Source of the DNA: an uncultured Alphaproteobacteria bacterium
Lineage (GTDB): Bacteria; Pseudomonadota; Alphaproteobacteria; RF32; CAG-239
Length of the DNA stretch: 64,000 nucleotides
NCBI GenBank assembly: GCA_949297415.1
Contig: CASFSV010000014.1
Coordinates: 7,030 to 71,029, forward strand
Direction: 5' to 3'
The notes beneath the pieces were generated by a model. That model saw nothing but the letters and a program-made list of their open reading frames with translations. It had not been told where the DNA came from and searched no databases. Of the stretch, positions 19,569-28,426 are shown one piece after another (the stretch's first letter is position 1; each line of letters begins with the position of its first letter). A program made the translations under genes and the position numbers.

Positions 19569-20288
19569 ATGCCTAAAAAATATAACCGTATTCTCTTTCT
19601 TACTGGTGCTGGTATCTCTGCAGAATCTGGATTAGCTACATTTCGTAGTGAAGATGGATTATGGAATCACCACCGTGTTGAAGATGTGGCTACCATTGAA
19701 GCTTATTACCGTAATCAGGACTATGTTCATGATTTTTATAACAATATGAAACCTGAATTATGGAACGCCAAACCAAACGCCGGTCATCTCGCTATTACCA
19801 GATTACAAAATGAATACCCCGCAGAAGTTAATATTATTACGCAAAATATTGATACTCTTCATGAAAAAGCTAAAAGCAAAAATGTTTTTCATATTCATGG
19901 ACAAATCAATCAGGCGGTTTGCATGAATTGTGGTCATGTTCTTGAAAGTTGGGGCGATGTTACTTCTGAAACTTGTTGTGAAAATTGCCACATCATGGGA
20001 ATGATGAAGCCTAATATCGTCTTCTTTGGCGAAAATTTGCTCTATATGGATAAAGTTGAAAATTTACTCAAAACTTCCGACTTATTTGTTTCGGTCGGAA
20101 CGTCCGGCGTTGTTTACCCTGCTGCAGGTTTTGTGCAATCTGCTAAGTACTATGGCGCAGACACGATCGAGTTTAATTTAGAACCAACCTCTAATAACTT
20201 CTTTTTTGATAAGCATATTATGGGAAAAGCCGGAGATACTTTGCCTGCGTTTGTTGATGAATTACTTGCGCAACTTAAGGACAATTAA
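19569..20288 (+). CDS. cobB: NAD-dependent protein deacylase (Sir2/CobB family)
   Basis: ATG 19569. FLTGAGISAESGLATFR, QNIDTLHEKA, HIHG, and Zn-ribbon cysteines CMNCG...CCENC. The track start at 19434 adds a non-homologous leader. Confidence 0.88.
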   Translation: MPKKYNRILFLTGAGISAESGLATFRSEDGLWNHHRVEDVATIEAYYRNQDYVHDFYNNMKPELWNAKPNAGHLAITRLQNEYPAEVNIITQNIDTLHEKAKSKNVFHIHGQINQAVCMNCGHVLESWGDVTSETCCENCHIMGMMKPNIVFFGENLLYMDKVENLLKTSDLFVSVGTSGVVYPAAGFVQSAKYYGADTIEFNLEPTSNNFFFDKHIMGKAGDTLPAFVDELLAQLKDN

Positions 20289-21132
20289 TCTTTAATAAAT
20301 TTTCATAAAAAGGTGCGGTAAAAATATTTTTATCCTCGAGCATCTTTATTTTTTCACAAGCATTGACTTGATAAAACTTCTGAGAATTTTGAGCGGAAAA
20401 CCTTCGTCCGATTTTTTCTCTGACAGTAACATTTCCTGTTTCATAACTAATGCCGTAATGTTTTTCGCTTGCGCCGTTTCTTTCCAATACATTATCTTTT
20501 ATTGAAGCAAATTTTGCACCGGAAAACAACATATTTACCCAAAAATCCCAATCTTCGCTTGCTCTTAAATTTTCATCATAACGTATCTTATGCGCTTTGG
20601 CAAATTCTCTTCTATACATAATATTTGCATTTCCGAAATTATTATACTGTATCAAACCTGCTGCTATATTATCATGATTTTCCGGTATACGCGAAAGTCC
20701 TGTTATCTGCCCCGCAACAGCAGTAATATCCTTATTTTTATCCAAAAACGCAACTTGTCGCTCCATTCTCTCGGGCAAGCTTTTATCATCATCGTCCATA
20801 ATCATCACATATTCTCCTCGCGCTAAATCTGCTGCTTTATTACGAGAATATGCTATTCCCTGATTTTTATCATTTTTATAATAACAAATACGCTTGTCTT
20901 TATAACTTTTTACTACATCGTCCGTGTTATCTGTTGAACCGTCATTGATGATTATAAACTCAAAATCTTTATACGTTTGAGCTAAAATACTATCTATCGC
21001 TTGCGGCAATATTTTTTCTCGTTGATACGTCAACATAACAACGGATACCTTCGGCTTTTGCAGCCAAAGGTATCCGCCAAACAATCCGACCGCCAGTATT
21101 AAACCCGCTATAAGTCCTTTTTTTATTTTCAT
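20275..21132 (-). CDS. family 2 glycosyltransferase with N-terminal TM anchor
   Basis: VSVVMLTYQRE...SILAQTYKDFEFIIINDGSTDNT and DDDD (DxD region). Confidence 0.85.
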   Translation of the reverse strand: MKIKKGLIAGLILAVGLFGGYLWLQKPKVSVVMLTYQREKILPQAIDSILAQTYKDFEFIIINDGSTDNTDDVVKSYKDKRICYYKNDKNQGIAYSRNKAADLARGEYVMIMDDDDKSLPERMERQVAFLDKNKDITAVAGQITGLSRIPENHDNIAAGLIQYNNFGNANIMYRREFAKAHKIRYDENLRASEDWDFWVNMLFSGAKFASIKDNVLERNGASEKHYGISYETGNVTVREKIGRRFSAQNSQKFYQVNACEKIKMLEDKNIFTAPFYENLLKINCP

Positions 21133-21597
21133 TTATTGAGCTATCACACGGTTGGTACTGCCGAATAATACTAAGCAACGTTGTCCTACACCTAAAGCTT
21201 GACCGGTTCCTTGTGTGATGCTGATAACTTGACCGTTATCTAATTTAACTATATATTCCAAACCTGTTTGATTTGATAAGCCTTTTTCAGCCGCATTACC
21301 TACAACACCGCCTAATAATGCTCCACCTACTGCTCCTAATGTGTGTGCCGTACTGCCTCCTCCGATTGTTGAGCCTGCTACACCACCGGCAATTCCTCCG
21401 ATTAAAGTGCCTGCTCCGCTATCGCTATCGACAGTTACATAACGCACGCTCAATACTGTACATTGTGCTACGGTTGATACTCTTCCGGCTTGGTTTGTAT
21501 AGTAATGGTCTGAATTGATGTTATCTGCACAACCTGACAATAATAGCGCCGAACCTAAAATACCTAACATTGTTTTACGCATTGTAAATCTCCTCAA
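21133..21597 (-). CDS. glycine-zipper outer-membrane lipoprotein (17-kDa surface antigen / SlyB-like)
   Basis: Lipobox LLLSGC. Gly-zipper GTLIGGIAGGVAGSTIGGGS...GAVGGALLGGVVG. Abuts the GT2 gene start. Confidence 0.75.
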   Translation of the reverse strand: MRRFTMRKTMLGILGSALLLSGCADNINSDHYYTNQAGRVSTVAQCTVLSVRYVTVDSDSGAGTLIGGIAGGVAGSTIGGGSTAHTLGAVGGALLGGVVGNAAEKGLSNQTGLEYIVKLDNGQVISITQGTGQALGVGQRCLVLFGSTNRVIAQ

Positions 21598-21677
21598 AAA
21601 CTTTATTTTTTAATAATGTAGTTGATTATTTTCTGTTGTCAATCTTTTTCGGTTAACTCATTTATCCCATTATTCTT

Positions 21678-22610
21678 TTATGCATTTTGTTTTTGCAATT
21701 CTTCTATAATCCGTTTTTCATGTTCGGGCTGATCTTGTTTCGCCTCTATAACGTCTTTACGGATTTTTTGCGTGCGTTTGAATAAACCAAACATCTTATC
21801 CCCCTCGTCCCAACGGATATTCCTTTCAAGCGCAATTAAATCTTCTATAAACCTTTGTATCAACTCTAATACCGTTTGTTTGTTGGTCAAAAATATATCT
21901 CTCCACATCGTCGGATCAGAACCGGCAATTCGGGTAAAATCACGGAAACCACCTGCCGAATATTTGATTATCTCTTTATGTTCATATCCCTCTAAATCGG
22001 CTACCGTGCCTACAATCGAATATGCTATTAATTGTGGCAAATGCGATACCGCCGCCATTACCTTATCATGATGGGGGGCCGTCATGGTATCTACTTTCAT
22101 ATCGCAGCTTTCCCACATCTTAGTTATCTTATCTATAGCTTCCTCCGTTGAATTTTCATCTGGGGTTAAAATACACCAACGGCCTTTAAACAGTGATGTA
22201 AATCCATTTTCCGGTCCTGATTTTTCTGTTCCGGCTACCGGATGCCCTCCTACAACAATGATTCCGTTATTTTTATTTAGATATTTCTCTATTTCTCGCA
22301 AACTATATTGCTTTACCGAACCGACATCTGTTATTATTGTCCCTTCTTTTACATAAGAACTCATATCTTTTGCTAACTTTCCAAATGCGCAAACCGGCGT
22401 TGCAAAAATGATTACATCTGCGTCCATTACTCCTTCTTTGATACTATCGGTATAAATATCCGCTATACCTAAATCTTTCGCTTTTTTTAAATTTTCTTGA
22501 TTTTTATCGTATACAGCCAATGTGTTGACTAATTTTTTTTCTTTCAAATTGCGCGCTAGTGATGAACCTATTAAACCGATACCTAAAATCAGAGCTTTAT
22601 TAAACAGCAT
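21678..22610 (-). CDS. prephenate/arogenate dehydrogenase
   Basis: Rossmann ILGIGLIGSSLARNL, GGHPVAGTEKSG, SHLPQLIAY. Confidence 0.85.
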   Translation of the reverse strand: MLFNKALILGIGLIGSSLARNLKEKKLVNTLAVYDKNQENLKKAKDLGIADIYTDSIKEGVMDADVIIFATPVCAFGKLAKDMSSYVKEGTIITDVGSVKQYSLREIEKYLNKNNGIIVVGGHPVAGTEKSGPENGFTSLFKGRWCILTPDENSTEEAIDKITKMWESCDMKVDTMTAPHHDKVMAAVSHLPQLIAYSIVGTVADLEGYEHKEIIKYSAGGFRDFTRIAGSDPTMWRDIFLTNKQTVLELIQRFIEDLIALERNIRWDEGDKMFGLFKRTQKIRKDVIEAKQDQPEHEKRIIEELQKQNA

Positions 22611-22806
22611 TATTGTTTCCCCTTTGATAAATTTGCGCGTTAGTTTAGCTAAGTCCTTACTTTATGTCAATATCTTAACCTTCTCTATCCTCTTTTCTTT
22701 CTTGACAGCTTGGATTTGTGCGGTATGATATTTCTGTTTTCTTAAATTTATGTTTTATTATTCAGAGGAGTAGGAAAGGACCGAACCTCGTTAAAAAAAT
22801 TATTTT

Positions 22807-23511
22807 ATGCTTCGTAAATTTCGTAAAATTGTTTTTTTAACCGGTGCTGGTATTTCTGCTGAATCCGGTTTAGCTACTTTTCGTGATTCAAACGGTTTGT
22901 GGAATAACTATGATGCGGAAACTATTGCCTCTTTGCAAGGTTTTCAATCAAATCCATCTTTAGTACACCAATTCTATAACGAACTGCGCCAACAGATGTT
23001 TTCGGCAATCCCTAATCCGGCTCATCTGGCTTTGACTTATTTGCAGCAACATTCTCATGCCGAAATCCATATCATCACTCAGAATATTGATACTTTGCAT
23101 GAAAAAGCTCTTACTCAAGATGTTTGGCATATTCATGGGCAAATCAATCAATTACGATGTGTTAATTGTGGAAAAATTATTGAAACTTGGGAATCTTGGT
23201 CTGTAAATAATCGTTGTTGCTCTTGTCTTGGAGAGCTTCGCCCGAATATTGTCTTTTTCGGTGAAGAAATATTTTTTTCATTCCAAATTGAACAACTGCT
23301 CAGTACAGCTGATTTGTTTGTTGCCGTTGGCACCTCCGGAACCATTCCTCCGGCTTCATCTTTTGTTCGCGATGTTCGTAAGCATTCTGGTTTGACTATT
23401 GCTCTAAACTTGGAAAAGCCCACCAATTATCGCGACTTTGATGTCGTTATTGAAGGAAAAGTTTCTGAAATATTACCAAGTTTTATCGAAAAATTACTTA
23501 TTTATCAGTAA
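22807..23511 (+). CDS. cobB: second NAD-dependent deacylase (Sir2/CobB paralog)
   Basis: FLTGAGISAESGLATFR, QNIDTLHEKA, HIHG, CVNCG...CCSC. Clearly paralogous to 19569-20288. Confidence 0.88.
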   Translation: MLRKFRKIVFLTGAGISAESGLATFRDSNGLWNNYDAETIASLQGFQSNPSLVHQFYNELRQQMFSAIPNPAHLALTYLQQHSHAEIHIITQNIDTLHEKALTQDVWHIHGQINQLRCVNCGKIIETWESWSVNNRCCSCLGELRPNIVFFGEEIFFSFQIEQLLSTADLFVAVGTSGTIPPASSFVRDVRKHSGLTIALNLEKPTNYRDFDVVIEGKVSEILPSFIEKLLIYQ

Positions 23512-23546
23512 AAAAACAGGTTCTCTTTTGAGAACCTGTTTTTGTT
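23512..23546. terminator. bidirectional terminator (cobB paralog / tsf)
   Basis: aaaaaa-caggttctc-ttttg-agaacctg-tttttg. Confidence 0.8.
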
Positions 23547-23565
23547 TCTTTTTTACAAAGTAAAA

Positions 23566-24498
23566 CTATGCGGATTTACCCAACTGTGCAGCAACTTCTG
23601 CAGCAAAATCTTCTTCTTTCTTTTGTAAACCTTCACCAAGTTTGAAGCATACAAAACCACCAAGTTTTACTTCTGCATTGTTTTCTTTTGCAAATTCTGC
23701 AACAACATCTTTTACTTTCTTATCTGGATCCATGATGTAAGCTTGTTCTTCAAGAACGACTTCTTCATAGTACTTACGGATACGACCTTCTACCATTTTT
23801 TCAACGATATTAGCTGGTTTTCCTGAAGCCAATGCTTGTTCACTGAAAATATTCTTTTCACGTTCAACTGCTTCTGCAGGTACTTCTGCGATTGTCATAG
23901 ATATCGGACCGGTTGCTGCAATATGCATTGCTATATGTTTGCCCAATTCTTGCATTTTTGCTTTATCTGCATTACCTTCAATGCTGACCAATACTCCGAT
24001 TTTACCAACATTCGGGCGTACGGAATTGTGAATGTATGAGCATACAATACCATTATTGGCACTTAAGTATGCGGAACGGCGTAAATTCATATTTTCACCG
24101 ATTTTGGCAATCATGTCTGTTAAAATTGTTCCCATTTCTTTGCCACATACCGGGCATGTGTATGTTTTCAATGCTTCTATATCACCTTTTACTGCCAAGG
24201 CTGCTTTTGCTGAATTTTCTACATAATCTTGGAAAATATCATTCTTTGCAACGAAATCTGTTTCAGAGTTAACTTCAACAACTGCACCGGCATTACCTTC
24301 TACATATACAGAAACCAAACCTTCTGCTGCAATACGGCTTGCCTTTTTAGCTGCTGATGCTAAACCTTTTTTGCGAAGCCAGTCTATTGCATCTTCCATA
24401 TTTCCATTTGTTTCAACCAGCGCTTTTTTGCAATCTAACATGCCTGCACCAGAGGTTTCTCTCAAACTTTTTACCATAGCGGCGGTAATCTCTGCCAT
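23566..24498 (-). CDS. tsf: elongation factor Ts
   Basis: ITAAMVKSLRETSGAGMLDCKKAL UBA-like N-terminus and EF-Ts dimerisation core. Downstream of rpsB. Confidence 0.95.
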   Translation of the reverse strand: MAEITAAMVKSLRETSGAGMLDCKKALVETNGNMEDAIDWLRKKGLASAAKKASRIAAEGLVSVYVEGNAGAVVEVNSETDFVAKNDIFQDYVENSAKAALAVKGDIEALKTYTCPVCGKEMGTILTDMIAKIGENMNLRRSAYLSANNGIVCSYIHNSVRPNVGKIGVLVSIEGNADKAKMQELGKHIAMHIAATGPISMTIAEVPAEAVEREKNIFSEQALASGKPANIVEKMVEGRIRKYYEEVVLEEQAYIMDPDKKVKDVVAEFAKENNAEVKLGGFVCFKLGEGLQKKEEDFAAEVAAQLGKSA

Positions 24499-24583
24499 TC
24501 TTTTTCCCCTTGTCTTGATTATCTCTTTATATCATCAACTCGGCGGCAGCTGGTGCCACCGCCGTTGTTTACTTAATCTAATA

Positions 24584-25351
24584 TTAAGCGTTTTCTACAT
24601 TTTCAAATGTTTCTTCAGATGTGGCAACAACATCTTCGACTTTTACGCCTTGTGCTGCTACTTCTGCTTGCATACCATCCAAAATAGCAGATGATACCAA
24701 TTCGCAATATAATTGAATTGCGCGAATTGCATCATCATTTCCTGGAACAGGATAATCTACTTCATTCGGATTTGCGTTTGTATCGGTAATACCAATTACA
24801 GGAATACCCAATTTTTTAGCTTCTTTGATAGCCAAGGATTCTTTCGGGGTATCAATTACAAACAGTAAGTCCGGTTGACCACCCATATTCTTAATACCAT
24901 CCAAAGAAAGAGCAAGATTTTCTTGTTCTTTTTTGATGTTTTGCATTTCTTTTTTGGTGTAGCCTTCGTATGCGTTCTTTTCTTCCATTTCGTTTAATTT
25001 AACGAGACGGCTGATTGATTTGTTAACTGTCTTCCAGTTAGTCAACATTCCGCCTAACCAGCGATAGTTAACATAGTATTGTCCACATCTTTCGGCACTT
25101 TCTTTAACGATATCTTGTGCTTGACGCTTGGTAGCAACAAATAATACTTTGCCACCTTTTGCTGCAACGTCACGTGCTACAGTCAAAGCTGTATACAGCA
25201 TCGGATATGTCTTTTGAAGATCGATAATGTGTACATTATCTTTTTTGCCATAAATGTATGGAGCCATTTGCGGATTCCAACGACGTGCGTGGTGTCCAAA
25301 ATGTACGCCGGCTTCAACAAGCTGACGTAATGTAAATGTAGGAAGTGTCAT
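24584..25351 (-). CDS. rpsB: 30S ribosomal protein S2
   Basis: LVEAGVHFGHHARRWNPQMAPYIYG, IIDLQKT, FVATKRQA, RWLGGMLTN. Confidence 0.95.
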   Translation of the reverse strand: MTLPTFTLRQLVEAGVHFGHHARRWNPQMAPYIYGKKDNVHIIDLQKTYPMLYTALTVARDVAAKGGKVLFVATKRQAQDIVKESAERCGQYYVNYRWLGGMLTNWKTVNKSISRLVKLNEMEEKNAYEGYTKKEMQNIKKEQENLALSLDGIKNMGGQPDLLFVIDTPKESLAIKEAKKLGIPVIGITDTNANPNEVDYPVPGNDDAIRAIQLYCELVSSAILDGMQAEVAAQGVKVEDVVATSEETFENVENA

Positions 25352-25509
25352 ATTTTATTTTCCTTATTTTCCGGTTAAACCTCCGCAGAATTTCGGCCCG
25401 AAATATTTCGGACACCGGAGCGTGAAGCTTTGTTCTTTCTTTTAACATTGCCGACGCTGTGTCTGCGTGTGAATTATAAAAAAACAGCACCATTGCTGCT
25501 TTCGCGTGT

Positions 25510-25538
25510 TTTATAATCTATTTTTATTTATTTTGCAA
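25510..25538 (-). promoter_or_regulatory. sigma-70-like promoter for rpsB-tsf
   Basis: On the minus strand: TTGCAA, 17 nt, TATAAA. Leaves a 5' UTR of about 150 nt containing hairpins (see findings). Confidence 0.5.
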
Positions 25539-25581
25539 CTCTTTTTTAACTTTTTATTCAATTTTTTCTTTATCTTATCAC

Positions 25582-25619
25582 AAAAAACCGCATACCTCTT
25601 TTTTGAGATAATGCGGTTT
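25582..25619 (-). terminator. intrinsic terminator after the 25639-26376 gene
   Basis: Minus strand: aaaccgcat...atgcggttt stem followed by TTTTTT. Confidence 0.7.
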
Positions 25620-25638
25620 CTTTTGTTTTACTTATGAC

Positions 25639-26376
25639 TTATTCTCGCTCGTATGCGGAAATGAAATCATAAATTTTTTGATGACTCTCCCCGTGCATCG
25701 TTGCCAACATCAAAATTTGACGAAGTTCTCGTTTGCGAGGATGTTCCAAATCTCCATCAGCCAAAGCTAGATTTATCAAAGAATCGGCAATTTGAACTGA
25801 TACTGGTGAAAATTTCTCTCCCAGTAAATCGACCAAAGTTGCAGTGCTAACCGAAAACAACGCATCTATAGCCTCAGGATCTTGCGACATTCGCAATATA
25901 TTCAAAGCTTCTTGAGCAAAATCTTCTCGCTTCCCATAATATGCCGATAAACTCAGCAATATGGTTATTACTCGCGGAAGTTCATCCTGCTCCAAAACTT
26001 TTTCTATCGCAGGTAACTTTTCTCCTTTGCTTATCCAGAAGACTTTTGATGTCGCAACATCTTCTTTTCGCACAAACAACAGAACTATTCGCTCTTCATC
26101 CGTTTGTTTCATCGAGCATATCTCTTGCTCGTCCGCTCGATAATAAGTAATCAAATCGTTGATCTTCAGCTTACCGATATCGGCTGAACTCGGAAGAATT
26201 ACCAAATCATCCTTACCGGTAATAGTGTTATTTACTTTGATTGAATGGAAACTGCCAGCGGTGTCAATATTGATGACACGAGCTGTAATTGGACCTTTAG
26301 ACATGATAATAAAATTTAGAGTTAAAAATAATAAAAAATTCTTTTTTTCTTTACTCTCCTTTTTGCCAAAAATCAA
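25639..26376 (-). CDS. hypothetical protein (start may be ATG 26304)
   Basis: Long ORF last in the GT2 / pyruvyl-transferase gene string. No family recognised. The first 24 residues of the track ORF are low-complexity, so MSKGPITARV at 26304 is an alternative start. Confidence 0.5.
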   Translation of the reverse strand: MIFGKKESKEKKNFLLFLTLNFIIMSKGPITARVINIDTAGSFHSIKVNNTITGKDDLVILPSSADIGKLKINDLITYYRADEQEICSMKQTDEERIVLLFVRKEDVATSKVFWISKGEKLPAIEKVLEQDELPRVITILLSLSAYYGKREDFAQEALNILRMSQDPEAIDALFSVSTATLVDLLGEKFSPVSVQIADSLINLALADGDLEHPRKRELRQILMLATMHGESHQKIYDFISAYERE

Positions 26377-26384
26377 GTTTTTAT

Positions 26385-27203
26385 TTAAATTTCAATTTGA
26401 GTTAATGCTTTGTATAAATTTAGCGATATCTTATCAACTTCGTTGAGCTTTAAGCTATATTCATCTTGCCATTGATTTATTCTTTGCATCGTTACTTCAT
26501 TTTGTTCGTTTACACAATATGCAGTTTGCGAATATTTTTCAAATACTGAATAGTAATCTCGAAATTTATATCCATCTCCGACAACGCCTTTGGATACTTC
26601 TATCCATTTATTAGGTATTCCTAATGAATCTGCCGCTATTAATCCGTGCATCGCTGTTGATACAATAAATTCGCATGAAGCTATTTGGTTTAATGTATCC
26701 AAAGGGGCTTGACGTACATCTATAATAACACTATGCGGGATATCTTCTGATATCTTTTTTATCCAACGATTATCATAATCTACCGTATGTGGTACTATTC
26801 CTAGTTGATACTGCTTTGCAGGTTGTTTTTTTAACAATTTTGAAAATAACAACCCTCCATCCCCTAATGCTATATCCAACTTCTTACCTATTATTTTTTC
26901 TACTCTTGTTTGAGATATTTTGCCTCGTAATGCCGAAAATTTTATATTTTTACGAAAGCTTTCTTTATATTCCACCTCTTTAATAAATCCTGAACTCCAT
27001 ACTGTTGAAGGTTTTGCAAATAAATTTTTTATTTTGGCATCTATTCGTGGACGACATAATGAGGTTAATATGCTCCCTATTCCTATTATATCTGCCTTAT
27101 ATTTGTTGCCAAAACAACATTTTTGGCCCAGTAATTCCTCTAACAGCAAAGGATTCATAGCGTCACCGAAATTGGGGATATTGCAATAATAAATTTTTAT
27201 CAT
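26385..27203 (-). CDS. polysaccharide pyruvyl transferase family protein
   Basis: N-terminal NIPNFGDAMNPLLLEELLG and C-terminal VSTAMHGLIAADSLGIPNKWI are typical of PS_pyruv_trans (CsaB/WcaK-like). 4-nt overlap with the upstream GT2. Confidence 0.75.
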   Translation of the reverse strand: MIKIYYCNIPNFGDAMNPLLLEELLGQKCCFGNKYKADIIGIGSILTSLCRPRIDAKIKNLFAKPSTVWSSGFIKEVEYKESFRKNIKFSALRGKISQTRVEKIIGKKLDIALGDGGLLFSKLLKKQPAKQYQLGIVPHTVDYDNRWIKKISEDIPHSVIIDVRQAPLDTLNQIASCEFIVSTAMHGLIAADSLGIPNKWIEVSKGVVGDGYKFRDYYSVFEKYSQTAYCVNEQNEVTMQRINQWQDEYSLKLNEVDKISLNLYKALTQIEI

Positions 27204-27991
27204 TTACTCTCTCCCTCTATTATTTCTTGTACTCTTTTTTGAATTTGTTTGTGGATGTATGGTTTAGCTTTTTCCCCAATGCCATGTTGGCTTTTACAGA
27301 AATTTTCAATAGCTTCATAACCTGATAAAATTGATGCAATTTGCTTATATACTGATGTTTTATTCAGAACGACCGATTTTTTATGACGACGGTAGAAATA
27401 TAGATATTCCGGTATAATAGCTATTGATGGACGTTGTAAGGCTATTTGAGTTGAAATTGAACTATCTTCTCCGTAGCAACAATTCTTAGGAAATTGTATT
27501 TTATCAAAAAAAGTCTTTTTAATGAGACAACATGCTCCTGTTGCATATGGATATTTACCGATTTTAGAAATCTTTAAATATCTGATTTTCTTTTTGTGCT
27601 TTTTTAATTTACCCTCAATATCTTCATAGTAGTAGCAAAATACTTCATCCGCCTTTTCTGCTTGAGCACATTCGTATAGCTTTTTAAGATAATCTTCTGA
27701 TACATAATCGTCTGAATCTATATATGCAATCCATTCTCCTTTTGCCTCTTTTATCGCTTTTTCCCTTGCTTTTGCCGTTCCTTGATTGTCTTGGCTATAG
27801 ACTTTTATTCGGGAATCTTTTTCTTGGTACTGACGCAATATACTTAAACTGTTATCGTCTGAACCGTCATCCACACAAATTACTTCAAAATTGCTGTATG
27901 TTTGTTGAAGTATGCTATCTAAACATTCCTTTATATATTCTGAAGTATTATAAACCGGAATGATTACTGATATTTGAGAACGCGTAGTCAT
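27200..27991 (-). CDS. family 2 glycosyltransferase
   Basis: ISVIIPVYNTSEYIKECLDSILQQTYSNFEVICVDDGSDDNS and DSDD. Confidence 0.88.
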   Translation of the reverse strand: MTTRSQISVIIPVYNTSEYIKECLDSILQQTYSNFEVICVDDGSDDNSLSILRQYQEKDSRIKVYSQDNQGTAKAREKAIKEAKGEWIAYIDSDDYVSEDYLKKLYECAQAEKADEVFCYYYEDIEGKLKKHKKKIRYLKISKIGKYPYATGACCLIKKTFFDKIQFPKNCCYGEDSSISTQIALQRPSIAIIPEYLYFYRRHKKSVVLNKTSVYKQIASILSGYEAIENFCKSQHGIGEKAKPYIHKQIQKRVQEIIEGESK

Positions 27992-28017
27992 ATTCTCTCC
28001 TTAGTCCTTATAATATT

Positions 28018-28275
28018 AAAAAACCACCTTGCTAAGGTGGTCGGAGAGTTCAGAAATCATATCTACGCTAATGATCCCGCAGTCTTTAAGGCTTTCACCT
28101 CTGAACATACACTACGGCTCCCCAACCTCATAGATTGGGGATATATTTAATGACGCACCAACTTCCAATGTGGGTACGACAAATTAACGGTATATATCCA
28201 TACCGCGCGTAGATATGAAGAGCTTCTGACGGCTCCGCACCTTGTCACAAGGTACTCGGGATTTACCCTAGTCAT
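28018..28275 (-). ncRNA. candidate structured RNA, class unresolved
   Basis: GC-rich island in an otherwise AT-rich intergenic region. On the minus strand, TTGACA at 28305-28300 with weak -10 candidates. 3' end is hairpin ccaccttagcaaggtgg plus T-run (28040-28018). Long-range closing helix: catatctacg (28217-28208) pairs with cgtagatatg (28067-28058), extended by cggag/ctccg and tcagaa/ttctga. Internal hairpins cggtat..ataccg and tccccaa..ttgggga. Confidence 0.4.
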
Positions 28276-28426
28276 AAGTAAGCAATTTATTAGTATTCTT
28301 GTCAAGAAAAAATATTTTACACTCTTTTCTGTTTAAGATTTTTAGTTTTTACTTGTGTTTGCTCTTTTCTTTTTGTATTTTTTCTTCAGTTTATATATTT
28401 GTTTTAGTCTTATATCTGAGGAAAAT

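Noticed and set aside
19569-23511. Sir2 genes as defence effectors (Thoeris, DSR, SIR2-HerA).
   Set aside because: Both are short canonical CobB-type sirtuins with Zn ribbons, with no partner genes or extra domains, and they are embedded in housekeeping context.
28018-28275. Specific identities for the structured element: two-piece tmRNA, RNase P RNA, 6S RNA, FMN or cobalamin riboswitch.
   Set aside because: tmRNA: no T-arm GGTTCGA-type loop, no acceptor stem with G-U plus ACCA, and no tag ORF ending in Ala-Ala on either strand. RNase P: no GAGGAAAGUCCGG or ACAGAA.CCGGCUUA boxes, and it is too short. 6S: the interior is multi-branched rather than one long bulged hairpin. Riboswitches: only fragmentary resemblance (AGGGTAAATCCC, GGTGAAAGCC). 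It is kept as an unclassified candidate.
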